From positions 76,476 through 102,284 of IMG/VR virus record IMGVR_UViG_3300002131_000176: a stretch of DNA of 25,809 nucleotides, one strand, 5' to 3'. This document shows, in pieces, positions 1 to 8,517 of the stretch. The translations under genes and the position numbers were made by a program. The notes below the pieces were generated by a model that did no database searches, was not told the origin of the DNA, and saw nothing but the letters and a program-made list of their open reading frames with translations. The stretch comes from a virus. Every line of letters starts with the position of its first letter. Within the stretch, counting starts at the first letter, position 1.

Positions 1-242
1 TGAAAAATTCTATTGCAACTAACCTACTTATTCTAGATGAAACATTTGACTCGAGCCTTGATATTGACGGGGTGGAAAATCTACTTAAAATTTTATATAC
101 TCTCCCTGACGATTCGAATATTTTTGTCATCTCTCACAAGGGGGAGATTCTAGACGGCAAGTTTGAAAACAAGATTGAATTTTATAAAGATAAGAACTTC
201 AGTAAAATAAAAGGTTTACAAGAAGTCGAAACCGTGGTATAA
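1..242 (+). CDS. 46: Recombination endonuclease subunit gp46 (Rad50/SbcC-like ATPase), 3' end only
   Basis: Frame 3 reads KNSIATNLLILDETFDSSLDIDG...FVISHKG...V* (Walker B LILDE, D-loop SSLD, H-loop ISH); directly upstream of gp45 as in T4-like phages. Confidence 0.92.
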   Translation, partial: KNSIATNLLILDETFDSSLDIDGVENLLKILYTLPDDSNIFVISHKGEILDGKFENKIEFYKDKNFSKIKGLQEVETVV

Positions 243-243
243 T
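215..243 (+). promoter_or_regulatory. T4 early-type sigma70 promoter
   Basis: GTTTACA(-35, TTTACA 215-220)-17 nt-TATAAT(238-243) with TG extended -10. Confidence 0.8.
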
Positions 244-275
244 ACACCATACACATTTTTTATGAGGAACCTATT

Positions 276-953
276 ATGGAACTAAGCGACAGTACTCTTA
301 CGATTCTCAAGAACTTCTCTGGTATTAACCAGAATATAATGGTTCGAGAAGGCAACACACTTAAGACAATGTCTGAGGCACGTAACATCATGGCATCAGC
401 AGATGTCACGGAATCTTTTCCACAAGCATTTGGTGTCTATGACCTGAATGAATTCATCAGCGTCCTTGACCTGGTTGATAAGCCACAACTCAACTTTAAT
501 GAAGGTTATGTTGTAGTCGGCGATACCGCTGGTAGATCTAAAGTTAAATACTTCTTCTCGCCTGAGGAAACCCTTACATCACCAAGTAAGGATATTAAAA
601 TGCCAGCGGCTGAAGTAACATTTGAACTTACTACTGACACACTTACAAAGCTAAAGCGAGCAGCATCGGCATTGGGGCACAGCGATGTTTCAATTACCGG
701 TAAGAATGGTGTATTAAACTTTGCAGTAGTTGATAATGCTAATTCAACATCGAATACATATTCAATTGATGTTGATGGTACCTTTGACGCTGAAAAATCT
801 TTTAACTTTATTATGGGTATCAGCAATCTTAAAATCGTGCCTGGCGATTATGATGTTTCGATCTCTTCTAAACTTATTTCGCACTTTCAACACAAAAAAC
901 TTAATGTGCAGTACTGGATTGCACTAGAAAAATCATCTACATTTGGAGCTTAA
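276..953 (+). CDS. 45: Sliding clamp gp45
   Basis: MELSDSTLTILKNFSGINQNI...FGVYDLNEFI...YWIALE typical of gp45; GAGG RBS; synteny 46-45-44. Confidence 0.95.
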   Translation: MELSDSTLTILKNFSGINQNIMVREGNTLKTMSEARNIMASADVTESFPQAFGVYDLNEFISVLDLVDKPQLNFNEGYVVVGDTAGRSKVKYFFSPEETLTSPSKDIKMPAAEVTFELTTDTLTKLKRAASALGHSDVSITGKNGVLNFAVVDNANSTSNTYSIDVDGTFDAEKSFNFIMGISNLKIVPGDYDVSISSKLISHFQHKKLNVQYWIALEKSSTFGA

Positions 954-954
954 C

Positions 955-1158
955 ATGACAGAAAAAACAACTCAAGAACAAATCAACGAAATTTCAAACC
1001 GTATCGGCCGTAGTACAGTTGCTGTGGTTGATGCTATCACTTCACGCGGTGGATTTAAAGGTGAAGAGCTATCGACTATCGGTCAACTGCGGGATCAATG
1101 CGTTCAGGTTATTCAACTGGTTGAACAACTTCAGCAAGACAAGGCCATGAATAGTTAA
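955..1158 (+). CDS. Small hypothetical protein
   Basis: ATG 955 after GGAG (track starts at 943); helical 67 aa with RGGFKGEELSTIGQLRD. Confidence 0.7.
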   Translation: MTEKTTQEQINEISNRIGRSTVAVVDAITSRGGFKGEELSTIGQLRDQCVQVIQLVEQLQQDKAMNS

Positions 1159-1221
1159 TGTGTCAGATAATTGATCGAGTTAGTGTGAATAAATTTATTA
1201 AAGTATGGAGTAACTTGTCAA

Positions 1222-2160
1222 ATGTCTAATGAATTTCTATGGTGCGAAAAGTATCGGCCTAAAAAAATTAATGATACTATTCTGCCGCAACAGCTAAAGG
1301 ACACCTTCAATGCAATTGTCGCTAAAGGGGATTTACCTAATATGCTTTTTACTGGCACTGCTGGGCTGGGTAAAACCACTGTTGCTCGTGCTTTGTGCCA
1401 GTCTCTTGACCTTGATTTTATTGTTATTAATGGCTCTGAAGATGGAAACATAGATACCTTACGAGGTAAAATCAAGCAGTTTGCATCCACTATTTCTCTG
1501 CAAGGTGGATACAAGGTTGTAATTCTTGATGAGGCTGATTACTTGAATCCTCAATCTACTCAACCAGCACTTCGCGGGTTCATTGAAGAGTTCAGCCAGA
1601 ATTGTAGGTTTATTCTTACTTGTAATTTTAAAAACCGAATCATTGAGCCTTTGCATTCTCGCTGCGGTGTTTATGAATTTAATACAACTAAGAAAGACCT
1701 AGCACAACTTGCGGCTCAGTTTATGAAACGCATGAAGTTTATCCTTGAGGAAGAAGGCGTAAGCTATGAAGAAATGGCAGTTGCAGACTTAATCATGAAG
1801 TTTGCTCCAGACTGGCGTCGTGTTATTAATGAGTGCCAACGGTATTCGTTGTCTGGTTTTATTGATTCTGGTGTCACTAAAAACTTAACTAATGATAACT
1901 ATGATACTTTGTTAAAGCTTATAAAGGATAAGGACTTTAAAAAAATGCGTTCGTGGGTTGCCAATAATATTGACACCGATGCTTCTGTTATTTTTAGAGC
2001 CATTTACGACAGAGCTACTGCCCGCGTGAAACCGGAATCATTGCCCCAGTTAATTTTAATTCTGGCCGACTATCAATATAAAAATTCCTTTGTAGCTGAC
2101 CATGAACTAAACGTAGTTGCGTGTATGACAGAAATCATGGCCAACGTTGAGTTTATCTAG
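1222..2160 (+). CDS. 44: Clamp loader large subunit gp44 (AAA+)
   Basis: LWCEKYRP, Walker A GTAGLGKTT, Walker B ILDEAD, SRC motif (LHSRC). Confidence 0.97.
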   Translation: MSNEFLWCEKYRPKKINDTILPQQLKDTFNAIVAKGDLPNMLFTGTAGLGKTTVARALCQSLDLDFIVINGSEDGNIDTLRGKIKQFASTISLQGGYKVVILDEADYLNPQSTQPALRGFIEEFSQNCRFILTCNFKNRIIEPLHSRCGVYEFNTTKKDLAQLAAQFMKRMKFILEEEGVSYEEMAVADLIMKFAPDWRRVINECQRYSLSGFIDSGVTKNLTNDNYDTLLKLIKDKDFKKMRSWVANNIDTDASVIFRAIYDRATARVKPESLPQLILILADYQYKNSFVADHELNVVACMTEIMANVEFI

Positions 2161-2192
2161 CGTGCCAAAACGTTTTATATTATAGATATATC

Positions 2193-2618
2193 ATGACTGA
2201 AAAACAACCTAAATACTATTACGTACAGTTACCTGACGTAATAGCAAAAAAACAATTCTCTAACCATACTAGATTGCTTGCAGCTAATCTAATGGATAAT
2301 CCGTATATGAGTGTTGGTAACTATCTTACCAACCTATCAGATGTTGATTTGGATTATATGTCAGGACTTACTGAAGTAGTAGACACTGATCCAAAATTGC
2401 AAGAGCTGATTATTATAACTCTTATGCTATTGCAAGCAGAAGGCACTATTGTGACGTGTGAAGATGATGTGATTGACCACTTGTCATCATTTAAAATGAT
2501 GATTGCTGGCGCAGCGTTAGGACGAAAAGGATATATAAAGGTTAACTATGAAAATTTATCATTTAATGATGACATGTCAGATTTGATAGTATTTGAAAAA
2601 CTTAATGAGGAAGATTAA
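2193..2618 (+). CDS. Hypothetical acidic protein
   Basis: 141-aa ORF filling the gap after gp44; no recognised motif. Confidence 0.65.
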   Translation: MTEKQPKYYYVQLPDVIAKKQFSNHTRLLAANLMDNPYMSVGNYLTNLSDVDLDYMSGLTEVVDTDPKLQELIIITLMLLQAEGTIVTCEDDVIDHLSSFKMMIAGAALGRKGYIKVNYENLSFNDDMSDLIVFEKLNEED

Positions 2619-2619
2619 A

Positions 2620-3003
2620 ATGTTTAAACAACTAAAAGCACTATGGAACTCACTTTTCGGTAAAGACACTGAGACCGATTACAGTAAGGAAGCACCATAT
2701 AAACTTGAGCCAACCGGTGAGGTTGTGGCAGAAACCCCTGCTGAGGAACCGGTTATAGTTCAACCGCCTCCACTTCCAACAGACCCAGTTAGTTATTGGC
2801 CCTTTCCCAGCGCACCACCACACGAAGCTAATAAGCCTATTAAGGAAAGAAAGAAACGTAACCCACCAAAGGTTGCCGCTGTTACCACACCAAAGGTCCC
2901 AGCTGAATCTGTAAAGAAAACACCCAAGGAAATTGCGGCAGAACGACGTAAAGCCGCGGCAGCCGCTGATCGTAATAGAGCTAAAGGTAAGAAAACAAAA
3001 TAA
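2620..3003 (+). CDS. Hypothetical Pro/Lys/Ala-rich low-complexity protein
   Basis: ATG 2620 after GAGG; acidic/Pro-rich middle (PPPLPTDP, WPFP) and basic tail. Confidence 0.7.
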   Translation: MFKQLKALWNSLFGKDTETDYSKEAPYKLEPTGEVVAETPAEEPVIVQPPPLPTDPVSYWPFPSAPPHEANKPIKERKKRNPPKVAAVTTPKVPAESVKKTPKEIAAERRKAAAAADRNRAKGKKTK

Positions 3004-3013
3004 AAACTATATT

Positions 3014-3439
3014 ATGAAAATTGGTCTTACTGCATCTACATTTGACTTACTTCACGCCGGTCATATTGCTATGCTGAGAGAAGCTAAATCTACTTGTGAT
3101 TACTTAATATGTGCATTGCAGGTAGATCCTAGCTTGGATCGTACAGAGAAAAATGCTCCGGTTCAAAGCATTGTTGAGCGCCAAGTCCAACTTGATGCTG
3201 TTAAATATGTAGACGAAGTAGTAGTATATTGTACAGAATCAGATTTACTTGATATAATAAACATGTATCCTATTAATGTACGGATACTTGGAGAAGAATA
3301 CCGCCAAAAAGATTTCACGGGTAAAGATGAATGTCGTAACCGTGGCATCGAACTATATTTTAATAAACGTGACCACCGATTTTCATCTAGTGACTTGCGC
3401 AAACGCGTCGCTACCAAAGAATTGGAAAATAAATTATGA
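3014..3439 (+). CDS. Cytidylyltransferase (TagD/glycerol-3-phosphate cytidylyltransferase-like)
   Basis: STFDLLHAGH (HxGH), ER..QLDAVKYVDEV, C-terminal RDHRFSSSDLR; start ATG 3014 rather than 2933. Confidence 0.9.
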   Translation: MKIGLTASTFDLLHAGHIAMLREAKSTCDYLICALQVDPSLDRTEKNAPVQSIVERQVQLDAVKYVDEVVVYCTESDLLDIINMYPINVRILGEEYRQKDFTGKDECRNRGIELYFNKRDHRFSSSDLRKRVATKELENKL

Positions 3440-3813
3440 ATCCATTTGAGTTTGTAAATGCTATTAACTATAGCAAAGAAAACCTAATAACAGATAATAT
3501 AACTGAGAAAGCTTATAATGGTTATATGATCAATAGGTCATTATCTTACTTTCCAGACACCGTCCTTGCTGCTAATGAAATGAATGTCAATCACCAGCTT
3601 GACAAAAAAATGCAATTTGATTTTTTGATAAATATCATTAGAAAACGAAAGCGCTTTTCAAAATGGGAAAAGAAAAAAGCTGACGGTGATGTGGATGTTA
3701 TCAAAGAGTATTATGGTTATAACGATTTAAAAGCTCGTCAAGTACTTAGCCTTCTATCACCTGAACAATTAGAACAACTATATAAAAAGGTGAACAAAGG
3801 TGGAAGAAAGTAA
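3436..3813 (+). CDS. 62: Clamp loader small subunit gp62
   Basis: YNGYMINRSLSYFPDT..ANEMN, QFDFLIN.IRKRKRFSKW, KEYYGY; directly upstream of regA. Confidence 0.93.
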   Translation: MNPFEFVNAINYSKENLITDNITEKAYNGYMINRSLSYFPDTVLAANEMNVNHQLDKKMQFDFLINIIRKRKRFSKWEKKKADGDVDVIKEYYGYNDLKARQVLSLLSPEQLEQLYKKVNKGGRK

Positions 3814-4216
3814 TTTGATTGAATGGACACCCAACTCAATGTTGGAGGTTGCCTTGAATGAGCCAGATGATTTTTTAAAGATCCGGGAAACCCTAACTCG
3901 TATAGGCGTAGCATCTCGTAAAGACAAGAAATTGTATCAGTCTTGTCACATCTTACACAAACAAGGACGATATTTTATTGTACACTTTAAAGAGTTGTTT
4001 TTGCTTGACGGTAAAAAATCAAATCTTGAAGAAAACGATATTGCTAGGCGTAATACGGTAGCAGTATTAATGAGCGATTGGGGCCTTCTTAGCATTGATA
4101 ACGTGGCTAATGCGCACCCTACGGCGCCAATGCGCCAGATTAAGATTATTCCTTATAAAGAAAAAAATGATTGGGAACTTTGCCCGAAATATAATATCGG
4201 TAATAAGATGCCATAA
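3800..4216 (+). CDS. regA: Translational repressor RegA
   Basis: PDDFLKIRETLTRIGVAS, LYQSCHILHKQGRYFIVHFKELF, W.L.PKY.IG; GTG start. Confidence 0.97.
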   Translation: MEESNLIEWTPNSMLEVALNEPDDFLKIRETLTRIGVASRKDKKLYQSCHILHKQGRYFIVHFKELFLLDGKKSNLEENDIARRNTVAVLMSDWGLLSIDNVANAHPTAPMRQIKIIPYKEKNDWELCPKYNIGNKMP

Positions 4217-4220
4217 TGAT

Positions 4221-4312
4221 CCCACCTTAGGGCCGTTGTAATGCAAACGGTAAAAAAGCATTCGAACAATTGGACTGGCACTCGTTAGTTGTCCCTGTAT
4301 AAAGTAAGCAGG
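4221..4312 (+). ncRNA. Candidate structured RNA (H-type pseudoknot plus hairpins) between regA and hsp20
   Basis: GCCGTT(4232-37)/AACGGT(4246-51) stem; loop AATGC(4240-44) pairs with GCATT(4258-62) across an A6 linker; further stems GGAC/GTCC and CCTG/CAGG. Confidence 0.5.
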
Positions 4313-4313
4313 A

Positions 4314-4321
4314 TATAAATA
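4314..4321 (+). promoter_or_regulatory. T4 late (gp55-type) promoter for hsp20
   Basis: Exact TATAAATA about 65 nt before the hsp20 ATG. Confidence 0.65.
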
Positions 4322-4325
4322 GAAT

Positions 4326-4387
4326 TGGATGCCGAATACTCGGGTCCATAACTACAACCTTGCTTTTATTAGGAGGTCATAATCATG
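4326..4387 (+). promoter_or_regulatory. ROSE-like RNA thermometer in the hsp20 5' UTR
   Basis: 5' hairpin TGGAT-G-CCGA/TCGG-GTCCA; 3' hairpin ACCTTGCT(4357-64)/AGGAGGT(4371-77) with the ROSE U(U/C)GCU motif and a bulged G opposite the SD. Confidence 0.7.
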
Positions 4388-4870
4388 ACACATTTTAAGT
4401 TGCCGCGCTCAGCGTTTATTGGCTTTGATAACATCTTTGATGAGTTGGATAAATTATCCAATCAATCAACGGGTGATAATTATCCGCCACATAATATCCT
4501 TAAACTTACCGATAACAAATATGCAATTGAACTTGCTGTTGTAGGGTTCAAAGAGAGCGATCTCGAGCTCAATCAACAGGATGGTATTTTGCACGTCACA
4601 GGTGATAAGTCCAGTAAATATTTACCGACTGATTACTTGCATCGGGGAATTTCAGGAAGATCCTTCAAGCGTTCCTTTCGACTGTCTGAACACGTAGAAG
4701 TAAAAGGAGCTAATCTAAGGGACGGACTGCTTGTCATTGAACTAGAAAGAGTCATCCCAGTCGAAAAGCGTCCACGTACGATTCCTATTAATCAATTCGT
4801 GGAGAACACACATGACACAAATCAAAAAAATCCTCAGTTTCTTTCAGAAAATGGGACTCAGCATGCTTGA
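4385..4870 (+). CDS. Small heat shock protein (Hsp20/IbpA-like)
   Basis: YPPHNI, IELAVVGF, YLHRGISGRSFKRSFRL, A.LRDGLL.IELER alpha-crystallin motifs. Confidence 0.95.
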   Translation: MTHFKLPRSAFIGFDNIFDELDKLSNQSTGDNYPPHNILKLTDNKYAIELAVVGFKESDLELNQQDGILHVTGDKSSKYLPTDYLHRGISGRSFKRSFRLSEHVEVKGANLRDGLLVIELERVIPVEKRPRTIPINQFVENTHDTNQKNPQFLSENGTQHA

Positions 4871-4994
4871 CAGCATGATTAAAGCCCGCCAACGACAGGT
4901 CGAAGCCTATTTGGCCCGCTCTGTTGATCTGGCTGACTTGGAGAGACGTCAGAGAGAAATTCAAAAAGCCGGTGTCGGCCAATTGAAGTATTAA
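4812..4994 (+). CDS. Small protein, DUF3563-like
   Basis: GGAG RBS at 4801; EAYLARSVDLADLERRQREI resembles the DUF3563 core (recalled from memory). Confidence 0.6.
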   Translation: MTQIKKILSFFQKMGLSMLDSMIKARQRQVEAYLARSVDLADLERRQREIQKAGVGQLKY

Positions 4995-5004
4995 TATATA
5001 ATAT

Positions 5005-5042
5005 TATGAGTTGAGGAGCATCTCATACAAAACAAAAGCTCC
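5005..5042 (+). promoter_or_regulatory. H-type pseudoknot in 5' leader
   Basis: TATGAG(5005-10)/CTCATA(5022-27); GGAGC(5015-19)/GCTCC(5038-42); A-rich linker CAAAACAAAA. Confidence 0.55.
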
Positions 5043-5079
5043 GCCGTTCACTTAACACAACACACATAGGAGAACTAAT

Positions 5080-5295
5080 ATGTTCACACCCAACTTTTAC
5101 ATCGATCAGTTTCAAGCAACAAAGAAAATTGTTGCAGATCAAATCTTCAAAGACCAACCTGAGTTACAAGAAGTAGCAGTCAAGTTTATTGATACACAAA
5201 CAGCGTTTGCCAAAATGCTTGTCGATAACACCGTTACCGTTAACAAATTGTTTTGGGACAAGGCAACTGCTTTGTCTCCTGCCAAAGTTAAATAA
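5080..5295 (+). CDS. Small hypothetical protein (possibly phasin-like amphipathic helix)
   Basis: AGGAG RBS; 71-aa helical pattern FIDTQTAFAKML. Confidence 0.7.
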   Translation: MFTPNFYIDQFQATKKIVADQIFKDQPELQEVAVKFIDTQTAFAKMLVDNTVTVNKLFWDKATALSPAKVK

Positions 5296-5528
5296 TGGAG
5301 AATATTATGAGTAATAAAAACCCCTTCGAGATTCGTACAGAAATGCTTCAAATGGCAAAAGATTATATGGACAAACAATGGGAGATGAATTATTTTTTCA
5401 CTCAACAAATGTTTGATCAAGGTAAGAAATCTGCCGAAGAGATGCAAGCAGCATTGACCCTATATTCAACTGAAGACTTAATGAAGAAGGCAGCAGAAAT
5501 GTATACCTTCGTCTCTAAAAAAGATTAA
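5295..5528 (+). CDS. Conserved T4-like phage hypothetical protein
   Basis: NPFEIRTEMLQMAKDY...LMKKAAEMYTFVS; true start may be the second Met (MSNKNPF) after GGAG. Confidence 0.75.
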   Translation: MENIMSNKNPFEIRTEMLQMAKDYMDKQWEMNYFFTQQMFDQGKKSAEEMQAALTLYSTEDLMKKAAEMYTFVSKKD

Positions 5529-5534
5529 GCACAA

Positions 5535-5554
5535 AGGGCCTTCGGGCCCTATTT
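5535..5554 (+). terminator. Rho-independent terminator or UUCG hairpin
   Basis: AGGGCC-TTCG-GGCCCT followed by ATTT (weak U tract). Confidence 0.7.
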
Positions 5555-5580
5555 ACATTATATTGTTTTTGTGATATAAT
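5552..5580 (+). promoter_or_regulatory. Early-type promoter
   Basis: TTTACA-17-TATAAT with TG extended -10. Confidence 0.75.
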
Positions 5581-5606
5581 ATACAATTAAATTATAGAGT
5601 GAAAAA

Positions 5607-5891
5607 ATGTCAAATATTCAAATCGTTCGTCTAACCTCAGGCGAAGAACTCATTGCAGATGCCGCCATACAGACAGACGGATACCTTCTATCCGATATTG
5701 CAGTCTTAATCCCAACCCAACAAAATCAACTAGGCCTTGCCCCATTCATGGCGTATGGTGTACCTAAGGATGGTATCTTTTTTAAGAATGAGCATATCAT
5801 GTTTCTTATAGAACCCGTCGACGGTCTTCGTCAACAATATCAAACTATGTTTGGAAAAGTAATCACACCTACTACTAGCATTATTTCGTGA
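5607..5891 (+). CDS. Conserved hypothetical protein (Sm-like fold suspected)
   Basis: IQIVRLTSGEELIA...LAPFM pattern common upstream of gp43 in T4-like phages. Confidence 0.75.
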   Translation: MSNIQIVRLTSGEELIADAAIQTDGYLLSDIAVLIPTQQNQLGLAPFMAYGVPKDGIFFKNEHIMFLIEPVDGLRQQYQTMFGKVITPTTSIIS

Positions 5892-5920
5892 TATACAACT
5901 CTTGTATTTTGTGTTATAAT
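5892..5920 (+). promoter_or_regulatory. Early-type promoter for gp43
   Basis: TATACA-17-TATAAT with TG extended -10; AAGGAG RBS follows. Confidence 0.7.
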
Positions 5921-5940
5921 GGTAGAAAATAAGGAGTAAG

Positions 5941-8448
5941 ATGTCTTTTTACACGTCAGTTTTTCGTTATGGTAACAATATCCTATTCCGTGGATATGAT
6001 GACCAAGGCCGTCGCTACCAGCGTAAAGAACCATTCCAACCCACGTACTATGTGCCCTCACAGAAAGACGTAGGTTGGCGTGGGCTTGATGGCGCCGTGA
6101 TTGGTCCTGTCAAGATGGATAGCATGCGTGAAGGTAAAGAATGGATGGAGAAATACAAAGATGTTTCTGGTTTTAACATCTATGGTAACCCTAACCAAAT
6201 CCATCAATTTATATCAGAGAAATTTCCAGGCGATATCAAGTTTGACCGTGACCGTATTAACGTAACCACAATCGATATTGAAACTGCTTATGACGATGGC
6301 TTTCCCGAGCCAAGTAAAGCAGAGAACGAAGTGTTGGCTATTACTATCAAAAATAATATTGATGGGATGTATTATGTCTGGGGTTACGGTGATTACGACA
6401 CAGAAAAGGCTTTAATTAAACCTGTAAGGTACATCAAGTGCTCATCTGAGGCCGAGTTGTTTAAGTCGTTCCTTACACACTGGCAAGCACCGCAGTTCTC
6501 ACCTGATGTGATTACTGGTTGGAATGTACGATTCTTCGATATGCCTTATTTGGTCAATCGCGTCACTAAAATATTAGGCGAAGATTGGGCCAAGAAATTC
6601 TCGCCATGGGGTATGCTGAATTACCGCCAGGTCACTCGGTTAAACAGAGTTAATGATACCTATAATATCGAAGGCATACAAACCTTAGACTATCTAGAGC
6701 TCTTTCAGAAGTTTGGTTACTCCTACGGTAATCAAGAGTCCTACAAACTAAATCACATCGCCTATGTTGTACTTGGTGATACTAAGCTTTCGTTCGAGGA
6801 ATCAGGTTCTCTTAAAAATCTCTACAAGGATGATTACCAAAAGTACATTGACTATAACATGAAGGACGTGGAACTTGTAGATCGGCTTGAGGATAAGATG
6901 GGTCTTATTACCCTTGCCATGACCATGGCGTATAAGGGTGGTGTGAATTACCAGGACACATTTGGTGTTACGGCGATTTGGGAATCAATTATCTACCGTA
7001 AACTTAAGTCTCAGAAAACAATGCCACCGATTGGCAATGATACCAATCATAAGACTGCATTTGCGGGTGGTTATGTTAAAGATCCTAAAGTTGGACTTCA
7101 CAATTGGGTTGTATCTTTTGACTTGAATTCGCTTTATCCAAATATCATTGTGCAGAATAACATGTCGCCAGAGACCGTGACTGATAAGTTTGTTAAGTCT
7201 GGCGTAGATTATTATCTTGATGGCAATAAAGCAGATGTTGATGAATATGCTGCAGCTGCAAATGGTTCCACATATCGTAAAGATATTGATGGCGTAGTTC
7301 CTGGTATTATTATAGATTACTATGACGAACGCTCTGCTACTAAAAAGGCTATGCTTGCATCGCAGAGCGCGTATGAAAAAAACAAGACGTTTGAACTTGA
7401 GAAAGAAATCAACCGCCTTGAGAATACTCAAATGGCCCTTAAGATTCTGCTTAACTCACTTTATGGTGCGCTTGGTAATGCTTACTTCAGATACTTTGAT
7501 ATTCGTCTAGCCGAAGGTGTAACACTTACTGGCCAGTTAGCAATTCAATGGGCTGAAAAAGCAATGAATGAATCCATGAATAAAATCCTTAAAACTAAAA
7601 ATAAGGATTATGTTATTGCGATTGATACTGATTCGTTGTATGTAAACTTTGGCCCGCTGGTCGATACTATGAAATGGAAACCTGATGATGGCACAGATGC
7701 AAAGGTGGCATTCTTAGATAAGGTATGTAGTCAACACTTTGAGCCTGTGCTAGCACGAGCTTATGAAGAGTTATTCAAGAACATGAACGGCCATAAAAAT
7801 CGAATGGTCATGAAACGCGAAGTGATCGCTGACCGTGGTATCTGGACTGCTAAGAAGCGCTATATATTAAATGTACATAATAGCGAAGGTGTGCAATACG
7901 CAGAACCAAAGCTTAAGATTATGGGCATTGAAGCTATTAAATCATCGACGCCAGCAGTAGTGCGTGATAAGTTTAAAGAAATATTTAAAATTATTATCAA
8001 AGGCAGTGAAGAAGAAACCAGGCAGTTTATTAATAAGTTCAGAGAAGAGTTTAAAAAACTGCCTCCAGAAGCGGTTGCCTTTCCTCGTGGCGTAAGTAAT
8101 ATCACTGAGTGGAAAAATAATCAGACCATTTATAAGAAAGGCACTCCCATCCACGTCCGCGGATCGCTTATGTATAATAAAGCAGTAAAGGATCTCAGCC
8201 TTGATTCAAAGTATGAGCTTATTCGTAATGGTGATAAAATAAAGTTTGCGTATCTACGGATGCCAAACCGTATCAAAGAAAATGTAATTTCATTTCCAGA
8301 CCATTTGCCTAATGAGCTTGGTTTGCATCGTTATATTAACTATGACTTACAGTTTAATAAAACGTTCATCGATCCGCTTATGTTCATTCTTGATGCGGTA
8401 AAGTGGTCGCTTGAAGATAAGCAGACACTTGAAGACTTTTTTGCTTAA
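5941..8448 (+). CDS. 43: DNA polymerase gp43 (family B)
   Basis: Exo I DIET, Exo II GWNVRFFDMPY, Exo III YNMKD; SFDLNSLYP, KILLNSLYG, DTDS, KKRY; C-terminal TLEDFF clamp-binding motif. Confidence 0.98.
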   Translation: MSFYTSVFRYGNNILFRGYDDQGRRYQRKEPFQPTYYVPSQKDVGWRGLDGAVIGPVKMDSMREGKEWMEKYKDVSGFNIYGNPNQIHQFISEKFPGDIKFDRDRINVTTIDIETAYDDGFPEPSKAENEVLAITIKNNIDGMYYVWGYGDYDTEKALIKPVRYIKCSSEAELFKSFLTHWQAPQFSPDVITGWNVRFFDMPYLVNRVTKILGEDWAKKFSPWGMLNYRQVTRLNRVNDTYNIEGIQTLDYLELFQKFGYSYGNQESYKLNHIAYVVLGDTKLSFEESGSLKNLYKDDYQKYIDYNMKDVELVDRLEDKMGLITLAMTMAYKGGVNYQDTFGVTAIWESIIYRKLKSQKTMPPIGNDTNHKTAFAGGYVKDPKVGLHNWVVSFDLNSLYPNIIVQNNMSPETVTDKFVKSGVDYYLDGNKADVDEYAAAANGSTYRKDIDGVVPGIIIDYYDERSATKKAMLASQSAYEKNKTFELEKEINRLENTQMALKILLNSLYGALGNAYFRYFDIRLAEGVTLTGQLAIQWAEKAMNESMNKILKTKNKDYVIAIDTDSLYVNFGPLVDTMKWKPDDGTDAKVAFLDKVCSQHFEPVLARAYEELFKNMNGHKNRMVMKREVIADRGIWTAKKRYILNVHNSEGVQYAEPKLKIMGIEAIKSSTPAVVRDKFKEIFKIIIKGSEEETRQFINKFREEFKKLPPEAVAFPRGVSNITEWKNNQTIYKKGTPIHVRGSLMYNKAVKDLSLDSKYELIRNGDKIKFAYLRMPNRIKENVISFPDHLPNELGLHRYINYDLQFNKTFIDPLMFILDAVKWSLEDKQTLEDFFA

Positions 8449-8455
8449 TAAGATA

Positions 8456-8484
8456 TGTACATCAGCGTGTATATATGGTATAAT
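8456..8484 (+). promoter_or_regulatory. Early-type promoter
   Basis: TGTACA-17-TATAAT with TGG extended -10. Confidence 0.75.
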
Positions 8485-8517
8485 GACTATGTTAGTTAAA
8501 ATTAAAAGGTATATTTT

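Noticed and set aside
1188-1199. Perfect palindrome AATAAATTTATT upstream of gp44
   Set aside because: Pure A/T in an AT-rich spacer; likely chance and not seen repeated
5005-5042. preQ1-I riboswitch call for the pseudoknots here and at 4232
   Set aside because: Topology is similar, but the ligand-pairing C before the 3' strand of P1 is absent and there are no queuosine genes downstream
5941-8448. Intein, intron or split in gp43 (also checked gp41, uvsX, thyX)
   Set aside because: ORFs are continuous, of normal length, with no intein or homing-endonuclease motifs seen
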